A DNA stretch of 63,280 nt from Candidatus Poribacteria bacterium (GTDB lineage: Bacteria > Poribacteria > WGA-4E > WGA-3G). The stretch covers positions 1-63,280 of the forward strand of contig JAJEBZ010000043.1 of NCBI GenBank assembly GCA_022822275.1. The letters are read 5' to 3'. The first letter of the stretch is position 1. Each line of letters opens with the position of its first letter. The position numbers and the translations under genes are program-made. This document shows positions 9,015-17,677 of the stretch, piece by piece. A model generated the notes under the pieces. It did not search any database and was not told the origin of the DNA. It saw nothing but the letters and a program-made list of their open reading frames with translations.

Positions 9015-9764
9015 CTACGCTACAACAGTATTACGCAGGACACCAACACTTTCAATCTCAACTTCAACAACATCACCAGACTTCAAGGCAGTTGTCGTCC
9101 CCGGTGTTCCAGTAAAAACCGCATCCCCCGGTTCCAAAGTGATCGCTTGCGAGATGAAACTAACAATCACTGGGACAGGAAAAATAAGATCGCCAGTCGT
9201 CTGAGACTGAACCACTTCACCATTGATACGCGTCTCTAATTGTAGATCGTTGTAGTCAACATCAGTAGCAATAACCGGTCCTATAGGTCCAAAGGTATCA
9301 GATGCTTTCGCACGCCACCATTGTAAATCATTTTGCTGCCATGTCCGCGCACTCACGTCATTACCACAGGTAACCCCTAAGATGTTTTTTTCTGCTTCTT
9401 CGGGAGTTGCCTTCTGTGTCCGTTCCTTAATTATCACAACCAATTCGCCTTCTGCATGCACATCAGCATCACCCTCTGGCAACACAATATCCCCTTCAGG
9501 ATCATTGATACATGAGGGTGTCTTGATAAAGATTTCCGGATTTTTCGGTTCAGACGCATCACCTAAATGACTCCGATAATTCAAACCAACCGCTAATACC
9601 TTAGACGGCATCGTAGGTGCAAGCAGTTTCACATCCTCTAAAGCAACAGTATCCCCAGTTTCATTATATTCAGTAAATGGACATGCATCCAACACGCGCA
9701 AATGACTTCCTGCAACAATTCCATATCCAATTTTTCCATTCAAATCATATCGTGCTAATTTCAT
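9015..9764 (-). CDS. Fumarylacetoacetate hydrolase (FAH) family protein
   Basis: GLNYRSH, EGELVVII, GVTCGNDVSAR, KASDTFGPIGP and GDAVFTGTPGT motifs. Start moved to MKLARYD (9764), which is preceded by GGAGG. Confidence 0.85.
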   Translation of the reverse strand: MKLARYDLNGKIGYGIVAGSHLRVLDACPFTEYNETGDTVALEDVKLLAPTMPSKVLAVGLNYRSHLGDASEPKNPEIFIKTPSCINDPEGDIVLPEGDADVHAEGELVVIIKERTQKATPEEAEKNILGVTCGNDVSARTWQQNDLQWWRAKASDTFGPIGPVIATDVDYNDLQLETRINGEVVQSQTTGDLIFPVPVIVSFISQAITLEPGDAVFTGTPGTTTALKSGDVVEVEIESVGVLRNTVVA

Positions 9765-9896
9765 AATAATTCCTCCAACATAATTCTTGCATGAATACAC
9801 CATTTTGTCAATTGTTTTACAATCAATGGCAGGTTATTTAGTTTTAGGTATTTTGGTCGTTTTTTATCATAATCGTTAATATTCGGAATATGCAGA

Positions 9897-10056
9897 TATA
9901 GTAAAACTTATAATTATTTGGACATTTCTGTACCGCAAACTGTCAGTTTGCGTCTCATTATGCACAAACTAACAGTTTGTGCTACAACACCCCTGGTATG
10001 TTCGGTTTCCTAACGGAACCGAACATAATGTCCAATTAATTCTAAAGTCTACTATA
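9897..10056. repeat. MITE-like palindromic element, TATAGT family, copy 2
   Basis: Collinear with 559-718, including the terminal inverted repeats and both internal hairpins. Confidence 0.7.
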
Positions 10057-10105
10057 TAGTGTGATTTTCATGCTATATCTGCTATACTTCCCCTTAGTTT
10101 TGGTA

Positions 10106-12586
10106 CTAATTCCGTTTGGCAAAAACGGCATACCAAAACCAGCAGCGCGTGCCATCTGTCTTCAGAGTAATCGCACCGAGTTGATCTGTTCGTAACTGAA
10201 CACAATTACGTTCCTGATACCGCGCTACGACTTCAGCATGCGGCAATTGAAACTGATTTCTTTGTCCCAAAGAAAAGATAGCATAACGCGGTTGAACAGC
10301 ATTCAAGAACGTTGCACTGCTTGAAGTCCGGCTGCCGTGATGCGGAACTTTTATCACATCTGACCTTAAATCTTGCTGAGATTCAATCAATCGGTTTTCG
10401 GCTTTCGTTTCAATATCACCCGTGAACAGGATGTCTACTTCCCCATAACTGAGCTTTATGACAAGTGAGTCATCATTCTTATCATCGTCCCATAGATCAG
10501 TGGACGCAGCATCAATTGGATGCAGGAGATTCAACGTGGCGGTCGGTGTTAGTTCTATTTCATCCTTATATGAGAAATCATAAGGTATGTCCCGTTGCTT
10601 TGCAATGCTCCGTATTTGACGATGGGTTTGGGAATCAAGTGGCATATCGGGTATCCCAAGTACCTGCTTTACCTTATAGTTTTGCAAGATATATGCAAGT
10701 CCGCCGCCGTGGTCAATGTCTGGATGCGTGAGTACCACCAAATCCAGTTCCCGTATGCCGTGTGCATCAAGATAAGGTTCAATGATTCGTTTCCCAACGT
10801 CATATTCAATCTCTCGCTGTCTTTCTTCATCGTAATATGAACGTTGGACACCGCCATCAACCAACATTGTTTTCCCATCAGGAAATCTGACGAATGCGGC
10901 ATCCCCCTGTCCCACATCAAGCGTGACCACCTCTAACAGCCGACCTTTTTCATGAAGTGCACTGTCCCAAACCCAGACAGCTACAACCGATAACCCGATA
11001 AGACTTGCGACTCGCCACTGCTTATACACAAACCGCCAATGTGCAATGCCCAAACATACCGCAATGTAGAGCACGATAAGACCTAATGTCGGTGGTGCAA
11101 CCTTCATAATGCCCCAGTTCTGCCCAAAAATGCCGATGAGTTTGAGAAAAATGAAGAAAAGTGCATGGTTAACCAAAGCGAACAGTTTCGCCAGCGGAAG
11201 CCAGATAAACCCCACACAAACCGATGCCATTCCGACACCAACGATTAAGGAGACAAGTCCAACAGCAAACGGACCTACGATGATACCAAGTGGATATGCT
11301 CTATAAAAGTGAAAAGCGATAAGCACTCCCGTGCCAAGCTGCGCTGCGAATGTCACCAAATAGGATAACACCAGCCATTTCAGAACGGTGTTTTTGAGTT
11401 TGCGTCCAAAGCTGACATCCTCGGATTCGAGAGTTTCCCACATGTGTCGTAAAGGTCTCTCCATTTTAGGCACAAAATAGACAATGGCAGCGACCGCAAC
11501 AAACGACAACTGAAAACCGACATCCCACACCTGAGTTGGGTTTAGTAAGAGTAGTATCAAGGCAGCAACTGCAAGTAGGTTGAAAACATCAGCATCGCGA
11601 TCAATGATGGTTGCAAATAGGTAGAGGGTTGCCATGAGCGCAGCACGGAAAACAGATGGACGGAAACCGACTAAACCCGCATAGATAACGATTGCACCGA
11701 TCGTCAGGAGACATACCACTTTCTCAGGCACCCGAAATGATGTCATCGGAATACGGAGCACAGACAACCCAAGATAACAAAACAGCGCAATGAGTCCAAC
11801 ATGCAGACCTGACACTGCTAACACGTGAAAAGTGCCACTGTTCCGAAAGATTTCCAACGTCTCCGAAGGCACATCTCCCCGTTTTCCAAGTAGAATCCCT
11901 TTTAGCAATTGGGCATGCAGTGCTTCATCCTCTATAGACGTAGTTTGTTCCCTTGAATACGCGGTATCAATAACCCGTTCTGTTTTGTGGCGGAGGGTTT
12001 CTATCCAACGTAACGGAGGAAATCCAGCTTGTTCACCAACGTGTAGTAGTCCTTGATGATATATTATTCCAGTCACATCTTTTCTGGCAAGAAAGGCTCG
12101 ATAGTCAAAACCACCTGGATTTCGTTGTGCATTAGGTTGACGCAAAACGCCTGTGAGTGTGATGTGTTTGCCGTATCGGAGTGGAAGCAGCTCCTGAAAC
12201 CTGATGAGGAACTTTGCGGATACCTGTTGTGATGGGTCTGATAGTAGCTGCACATGTCCAGCTGCATAACACGCGTCCCAATTCTCGCCACGTTCCGGTT
12301 GATAGGTAGTTTCACCTGAAAAACTGACAGGTTGGTCAAAAAAATGGGAGGGGATTTCGGGAACGGTGGCAAGTTCCAGTCTCAACATACCGCAAGCAAA
12401 CACAGCAACATGCAACAAAATGTAACAGAGATACTTTATCCGATTTCGCAACAAGATGCTGCCGACAAAGCAGATTAACACGGACAACCATAACCACAGG
12501 ATCGGAACTGCTATATACCCGCCTGTTATGATGCCAAGTAGAAACGGGATGAGGAAATAGAGCGCGGGACGCGGTTTAAGGTTCAC
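10106..12586 (-). CDS. comEC: ComEC/Rec2 DNA internalisation channel with C-terminal metallo-beta-lactamase domain
   Basis: Multi-pass membrane core with SGLHVG. C-terminal MBL motifs LDVGQGDA and VLTHPDIDHGGG, then VPHHGS. Confidence 0.9.
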   Translation of the reverse strand: MNLKPRPALYFLIPFLLGIITGGYIAVPILWLWLSVLICFVGSILLRNRIKYLCYILLHVAVFACGMLRLELATVPEIPSHFFDQPVSFSGETTYQPERGENWDACYAAGHVQLLSDPSQQVSAKFLIRFQELLPLRYGKHITLTGVLRQPNAQRNPGGFDYRAFLARKDVTGIIYHQGLLHVGEQAGFPPLRWIETLRHKTERVIDTAYSREQTTSIEDEALHAQLLKGILLGKRGDVPSETLEIFRNSGTFHVLAVSGLHVGLIALFCYLGLSVLRIPMTSFRVPEKVVCLLTIGAIVIYAGLVGFRPSVFRAALMATLYLFATIIDRDADVFNLLAVAALILLLLNPTQVWDVGFQLSFVAVAAIVYFVPKMERPLRHMWETLESEDVSFGRKLKNTVLKWLVLSYLVTFAAQLGTGVLIAFHFYRAYPLGIIVGPFAVGLVSLIVGVGMASVCVGFIWLPLAKLFALVNHALFFIFLKLIGIFGQNWGIMKVAPPTLGLIVLYIAVCLGIAHWRFVYKQWRVASLIGLSVVAVWVWDSALHEKGRLLEVVTLDVGQGDAAFVRFPDGKTMLVDGGVQRSYYDEERQREIEYDVGKRIIEPYLDAHGIRELDLVVLTHPDIDHGGGLAYILQNYKVKQVLGIPDMPLDSQTHRQIRSIAKQRDIPYDFSYKDEIELTPTATLNLLHPIDAASTDLWDDDKNDDSLVIKLSYGEVDILFTGDIETKAENRLIESQQDLRSDVIKVPHHGSRTSSSATFLNAVQPRYAIFSLGQRNQFQLPHAEVVARYQERNCVQLRTDQLGAITLKTDGTRCWFWYAVFAKRN

Positions 12587-12637
12587 GACTATTTGTATGA
12601 CTTATGTTTACGTGTCAGAACAAGACGGTAATTGTTG

Positions 12638-13618
12638 TTATGAACATTGGACAACTTTACCTGTTTGTGCGGATTGGTAGGCGGCAGCTAAGATCGCATT
12701 TGCTTTCAGTCCATCGTTACCACTGGCGATCGGTGCAGTGCCTGTCGCAACACACTCCGCAAAATGCTCAAACTGGTGTTGATATAGGTCTTCATATTGG
12801 GAGGCAATGACCTGCTTCTCCCCATTGAAGTGCGTATGGATTTTCCATCCATCATCGTTCAGGACGGTGACTGCACCTTCTGTGCCGTAGAGTTCCAGCA
12901 CGATGTCACACTGTGCGACAGAAAAACTCATATCCGTAAAGCCTTGTGCGCCATTCTCATAACGCATTAGAATACCACCAGTTTCTTCCACCTGATAGTT
13001 ATGGATATTGCTATCGCAAAATGCCGTGACCTCTGTGACCTCACCGATAAGGTATCGCAACATATCAACGCTATGCGGTCCTAAGTCCATCATACAACCG
13101 CCACCGCCTTTGTCCGGTTGTGCACGCCATTCGTCAGCGGACAATAGGTATTTTTTGAGAAACGGCATCCTGCCATGCACTATCTGTCCAAGCTTGTCCT
13201 CTCTAACCCAGTTTCTAATCTGTTGAAAGCAGGAGTGGAATCGGAACAGGAGGCAGACCTGTAGATGTACATTGTTTACATCACAAGCATCGATCATCCG
13301 TTTGCATTCTTCGGTGTTGAGTGCCATCGGTTTATCGCAGAGGACGTGCAGTCCGCGTTCTGCGGCGGCGATGACCTGCTCACAATGGAGATTGACAGGC
13401 GTTGAGACATAGACTGCATCCAGATCGGCATCGGAGAGTAGGTCGTCAACACTACTGTATGCTTTTGTTGCGTTGTGTTCTGTTGCCAGTTGTTGTGCGC
13501 GTGTTGCGTTTCGTGAGAAGAGTGCGTGGAGTTCTGCTCCTGACGCTTTGTGGATAGCGGGCATTGTTCTACGTTGCGCGACACTGCCTGCACCGAGAAC
13601 GCCCCATTTTAATGTCAT
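12638..13618 (-). CDS. Gfo/Idh/MocA family NAD(P)-dependent oxidoreductase
   Basis: N-terminal Rossmann motif WGVLGAGSVAQRR, and EKP-like CDKPMA. Confidence 0.85.
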   Translation of the reverse strand: MTLKWGVLGAGSVAQRRTMPAIHKASGAELHALFSRNATRAQQLATEHNATKAYSSVDDLLSDADLDAVYVSTPVNLHCEQVIAAAERGLHVLCDKPMALNTEECKRMIDACDVNNVHLQVCLLFRFHSCFQQIRNWVREDKLGQIVHGRMPFLKKYLLSADEWRAQPDKGGGGCMMDLGPHSVDMLRYLIGEVTEVTAFCDSNIHNYQVEETGGILMRYENGAQGFTDMSFSVAQCDIVLELYGTEGAVTVLNDDGWKIHTHFNGEKQVIASQYEDLYQHQFEHFAECVATGTAPIASGNDGLKANAILAAAYQSAQTGKVVQCS

Positions 13619-13650
13619 TTATATGACTCCTTGTGTTTTTAATCGCTCAA

Positions 13651-13919
13651 TTAATTTTTCTTGTGTGCCTTTGCCTTTTGTTGCGTTACACGTGTGGCAA
13701 AGTAGTTGCAGGTTCTATACCATCCATCTTTAACATCCTCATTCGTCCAGATGTCCTTAAATTCTGCCCCCTCTGCTGGTGAACCGATAGGTGCTTTCCA
13801 CTGTTTACCCGAATAAAAGGGGGGTCAAGATAGATAAGGTCCACTGTTTGAGAATCTATACCTCGCATAATGTCAAGATTATCCGCTATAAAAAAGGTTC
13901 TGTTTTTAACGTTCATCAC
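13651..13919 (-). pseudogene. Frameshifted and truncated N4/N6 DNA methyltransferase remnant (motif IV region only)
   Basis: MMNVKNRTFFIADNLDIMRGIDSQTVDLIYLDPPF, then a frame change. The adjacent frame continues QWKAPIGSPAEGAEFKDIWTNEDVKDGW, typical of beta-class MTases, and then stops. No motif I region follows. Confidence 0.6.
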
Positions 13920-14017
13920 AGCAACTCCGACATGTATAGATTGTGCAGGCTTTCACATTGCTAATAACATATCATATTCTTCAAATGAAATCAAGGGGAT
14001 TGTGGGGTGTGGAACAA

Positions 14018-14410
14018 GGGTGTGTAAAGTTTTTGCACAGAAGTACAAACTTTTGCTCATTTTTTGTGCTGCTTACAATAGAATTATGTATTCAATTTTG
14101 GGTTGCTCTGATTGTCCATTTCTTACCACGTGGTAAGAAATTTCATACCATGGTAAGATTTGCAAATTGGATTTTAATCCAGTCGTAGTAAGGTCTGAAA
14201 GGTGTTTTTTTCGAAAATACATATTTTTTTCTGAGTTTTTTATTTTTTCTTGAATTTCGTGTGATTTTTTGTTGCGTTTTTATTGTTATATTATACATTA
14301 TTTTAGGGTGAAGAAAATATTTTTTTAGTGTTTGGTTATTGGGATTTCCAATAAGTTTCATGTGTATTTGGATTTATTGAAAAATTCAGTACAACAACTT
14401 TACACACCCC
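14018..14410 (-). repeat. Composite ~390 bp MITE-like element bounded by inverted GGTGTGTAAAGTT motifs
   Basis: GGGTGTGTAAAGTTTTTG at 14018-14035 and its inverse AACTTTACACACCCC at 14397-14410. The interior holds a T/G-rich tract (A/C-rich on the minus strand) and a ~105 bp block shared with 54421-54530. Confidence 0.65.
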
Positions 14411-14464
14411 AAGGGACTGTGGATAGTTGTCTGAATCTCGCATAATCCGCAATTCAGATTTCGG

Positions 14465-14494
14465 TTGACATCAGCTAATCTTGCATGTTATTAT
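14465..14494 (+). promoter_or_regulatory. Predicted sigma70-type promoter of the TPR-UPF0175 gene
   Basis: TTGACA, an 18 nt spacer, then TATTAT, about 35 nt before the start codon. Confidence 0.4.
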
Positions 14495-14528
14495 TACCTT
14501 CAAAAAACTCACGTTGTGCGGGTGAAAA

Positions 14529-15986
14529 GTGATGCTACAACCGAACTCGAATCTTTCTGCTGCCGGCAGCGCATACAACCATATAGGTAAGCCTAACATA
14601 GCACTTGGAGAGTATATAGAGACAGCAACTGGCACTAATGATGAAGCGGATGCGTACAACAAACGTGGTATTGCTTATTGTAAAAACGGTGACTATGACC
14701 GGGGAATCGTACAGTTTAACGAAGCGATCATATTGTCCCCGGAATTTGCCGGAGCCTATCACAATCGGGGACTTGCTTACATCAACAAAAGTGAGTTTAA
14801 TGATGCTATCAGAGACTTCAGTAGGGTGATAGAATTAAAAGAGGACTTTGGTGGGGCAAGATCCCGGGATTTTGAACTTGTTGTCCCTGCTTACATGGGG
14901 CGTGGTTTGGCTTACCATGAATGGGGCAGGTTTCACCGAGCAGTTGATGACTTTAGCAAAGTCCTAAGTCTCACACCGGACGACCCAGCTGCCTACTATA
15001 ACCGCGGGTTGGCTTACCGCAATCTGCAGGTTTTTGAGAAAGCCATCCAAGACTTTAGCAAGGCAATAAGTCTAAAACCCGATGCGGCTGCCTATACCCA
15101 GCGCGGTATAACCTACCACAACAAGGGTGACATAGACAAGGCGATTGAAGACTATAACGCTGCCATAGCGTTGGATGCAGGATTTGCAGAGACTTGGACA
15201 GAACGCGGCAAAGCTTACCGTGATAAAGGCGAGGTAGACAAGGCAATTGAAGATTACAACAAAGCGATCGAACTCAAACCCGAATTTGCTGAGCCCTATA
15301 CCTACCGCGGCACCATCTATACCACACAGGGCAAGATAAACAAGGCGATTGAAGATTACAACAAAGCGATCGCGTGCAACCCAGATTTTGCTGAAGCATA
15401 CCTCAATCGGGGACAGGCTTACTACGTTAAAGGCGAATTGGACAAGGCGATTGAAGATTACGATAAGGCAATACAACTCAATCCAGAACTGGTGGAGGCA
15501 TACACACATCGGGGCAACGCGTATCGTGCCAAAGTTGAGTTAGACAAGGCAGTTGCGGATTATACTGAAGTACTAAAACTCAGACCGAAGGTTGCCGAAT
15601 ACTATTACACACGAGGCGAAGCGTGGCTGCTTGCGAAAGATTGGGAAGAAGCGAAAACCGACTTGACAGTTGCCCTCCTACAAGACGTAGATGTTGCGGA
15701 TGTGTTTCACAGGACCTACGGGAGCATAGATGCCTTTGAACAAAAAATAGGTGAGCGTTTGCCAAAAGAGATTGCGGATCTGTTGACACCACGCAGCGAG
15801 CCGTTTGAAATTGATAAAGAGGCGCGGATAGCATTAGGCATGAAGTATTACGGAGAAGATATACTTAGCAGCGGCCTGGCCTCAAAACTTGCAGGTATCC
15901 CACGCGTGGAATTCATATTTCTGATGGGGGTTTACGGACTCTCACCGTTTGGCGATGAAGAAGAGTACGCCAAGAGCGGATTTTAA
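14529..15986 (+). CDS. TPR-repeat protein with a C-terminal UPF0175 (COG2886) antitoxin-like domain
   Basis: About 10 TPR units (repeated AIEDYNKAI.L.P.FAEAY..RG.AY). Last ~60 aa, ARIALGMKYYGEDILSSGLASKLAGIPRVEFIFLMGVYGLSPF, fit UPF0175. Start is GTG 14529 or ATG 14532. Confidence 0.8.
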   Translation: MMLQPNSNLSAAGSAYNHIGKPNIALGEYIETATGTNDEADAYNKRGIAYCKNGDYDRGIVQFNEAIILSPEFAGAYHNRGLAYINKSEFNDAIRDFSRVIELKEDFGGARSRDFELVVPAYMGRGLAYHEWGRFHRAVDDFSKVLSLTPDDPAAYYNRGLAYRNLQVFEKAIQDFSKAISLKPDAAAYTQRGITYHNKGDIDKAIEDYNAAIALDAGFAETWTERGKAYRDKGEVDKAIEDYNKAIELKPEFAEPYTYRGTIYTTQGKINKAIEDYNKAIACNPDFAEAYLNRGQAYYVKGELDKAIEDYDKAIQLNPELVEAYTHRGNAYRAKVELDKAVADYTEVLKLRPKVAEYYYTRGEAWLLAKDWEEAKTDLTVALLQDVDVADVFHRTYGSIDAFEQKIGERLPKEIADLLTPRSEPFEIDKEARIALGMKYYGEDILSSGLASKLAGIPRVEFIFLMGVYGLSPFGDEEEYAKSGF

Positions 15987-15989
15987 AGA

Positions 15990-16484
15990 ATGCCGATACA
16001 GCCAGTTATTAGCAATACAAGTCCGCTTATTGGACTTTTGGGAATCAATTGCCTTCCGTTATTGCAAGATCTCTACACAGAGGTGTGGATTCCAAGAGAA
16101 GTTGAAGAAGAGTTTTTAGCAGCAGATAAAACATTCTATCAGGAAGTACTCAACAAAGCACCGTGGATTAAAGTTGTAGATGTGACAAATCCCCAAAACG
16201 CTATAATTTATCAAGGTATTATTGACGCTGGAGAAGCCGAAGTTTTAGCACTTGCAGTTGAACATAATGCCCGGCTTGTTATTCTTGATGAAAATAAAGG
16301 GAGACAGAGAGCCACACAAATTGGATTAAAGGTCAAGGGCACATTAGGTGTTTTGTTGGAGGCAAAGGAAGAGGGTTTGATTGTTGCTATCAAACCGCTT
16401 TTAATTCAGTTGCGGGCTAACGGGATACGTCTGAGTGAATCGCTCATCAATAAAGTCTTACAAAAAGCAGGTGAGATAGATTAG
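15990..16484 (+). CDS. DUF3368 (COG2405) PIN-like nuclease, putative toxin
   Basis: ISNTSPLIGLLGINCLPLL..., AGEAEVLALAVEHNARLVILDENKGR, GTLGVLLEAKEEGLI. Starts 3 nt after the upstream stop. Confidence 0.75.
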   Translation: MPIQPVISNTSPLIGLLGINCLPLLQDLYTEVWIPREVEEEFLAADKTFYQEVLNKAPWIKVVDVTNPQNAIIYQGIIDAGEAEVLALAVEHNARLVILDENKGRQRATQIGLKVKGTLGVLLEAKEEGLIVAIKPLLIQLRANGIRLSESLINKVLQKAGEID

Positions 16485-16518
16485 TTGAACTTACTATCAA
16501 AACTATTCAGCGCACCCC

Positions 16519-17304
16519 TTAACTAAACAGTAGTAAATGTATGCCTGTTGCGAATAGGACGATTAACACGATTCTGGAAAAGTCGCTTTCTGAGAAACGA
16601 TTATTCAGGAATACACCGACCTGTACACCGAGTCCAACAAATGGCAGTAGTGCTAAGGCTTCAACGATGATTTCCACCGAGAATAGGCCGAGTTGGAAAT
16701 AAGCGGGAATCTTTGCCAGATTGATGAAGAAGTAGAGTAATGTGGTTGTTGCGACGAATGTGCGGTTACCTAATCTTTGTGGTAGCAGATACATGACGAT
16801 AACCGGTCCAGCCATGTGTGCCAGTGTTGAGAATATGCCAGCGATGCTGCCTAATAAGACCCCGTGCCAGACTTTGAACTGTATTACTGGTGTTTGATCT
16901 GTGGAATCTGGATCGGCGGGTTGCCTTATGCGTGTCCGGACAAATTCTAATACTGCAAATAAACAGGCAATACCTCCAATAATTTTCTTGAGTTGGACAT
17001 CTGATATGTCTTTTAGGATGAAACTCGCTATCGTGATGCCGATGATTGCGCCGGGCACAATACGTCTTATGCTTTGACGATGCCACTGTTTCCAGTAGTG
17101 TCCGAACGAGATAACATCTGTTGAAAAGAGTAAGGGGAGCATGAGTGCGACGACGTTTGTTGCTGGTCGGAATTGTGTGAATAGCGGTACGACTATCATG
17201 CCGACACCGCCCCCGAAACCTGCTTTGCTAACGCCTGTCAACCATGTCCCAAAACAGAGAATTATTATTTCGTAGATAAGGTTTCTCCCGATACTGTTTG
17301 ACAA
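16519..17304 (-). CDS. TauE/SafE (DUF81) family anion exporter
   Basis: About 8 TM segments; GFGGGVGMIVVPLF and a second-half repeat typical of DUF81. Confidence 0.75.
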   Translation of the reverse strand: MSNSIGRNLIYEIIILCFGTWLTGVSKAGFGGGVGMIVVPLFTQFRPATNVVALMLPLLFSTDVISFGHYWKQWHRQSIRRIVPGAIIGITIASFILKDISDVQLKKIIGGIACLFAVLEFVRTRIRQPADPDSTDQTPVIQFKVWHGVLLGSIAGIFSTLAHMAGPVIVMYLLPQRLGNRTFVATTTLLYFFINLAKIPAYFQLGLFSVEIIVEALALLPFVGLGVQVGVFLNNRFSESDFSRIVLIVLFATGIHLLLFS

Positions 17305-17446
17305 GTTGTGCGATTTATGATAACGGATATTGTCGGTTTTGTCAAGAGGGTTATTGGGTAGGGGTGTGTAAAGTTTTTGTACAAGTATTTACTTGAAGAG
17401 AAATCTGGCGAGGTATATATAAAATGGTATCCTTTCCTAATAATCC

Positions 17447-17566
17447 AGGACTTCCGCAATACCTCTTAAAGTCCCCTTGATAAGGGGGATTTAGGGGGTT
17501 AAATACCTAAAATAACGACTTTTTAACCCCCCTAACCCCCTTATCAAGGGGGGATGCGTAAGTCCT
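17447..17566. repeat. Palindromic element, AGGACTTACGCA family, copy 1
   Basis: AGGACTTCCGCA ... CTTAAAGTCCCCTTGATAAGGGGGATTTAGGGGGTTAAA ... TTTAACCCCCC..CTTATCAAGGGGGG..TGCGTAAGTCCT. Second copy at 49913-50032. Confidence 0.65.
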
Positions 17567-17629
17567 AATAATCATAAACAAAGAGAAGATACCTATGTCA
17601 ATTAGCACAAGTCGTTATATTATTTCGTA

Positions 17630-17660
17630 GGCGGGGAATGCCTAAACGGCATTCCCCGCC
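17630..17660. repeat. Perfect 13-bp-stem hairpin GGCGGGGAATGCC-TAAAC-GGCATTCCCCGCC
   Basis: Seen directly. A related half-site, GAATGCCATTTAGGCATTCCCCGCC, occurs inside the element at 26148-26280. It lies just past the stop of the 17678-18631 gene but lacks a U-tract. Confidence 0.5.
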
Positions 17661-17677
17661 CACAAGTTTAACGTGGA

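Noticed and set aside
15072-15509. 145-aa minus-strand ORF inside the TPR gene
   Set aside because: It is an antisense shadow of the repetitive TPR coding sequence. Its periodicity simply mirrors the repeats.
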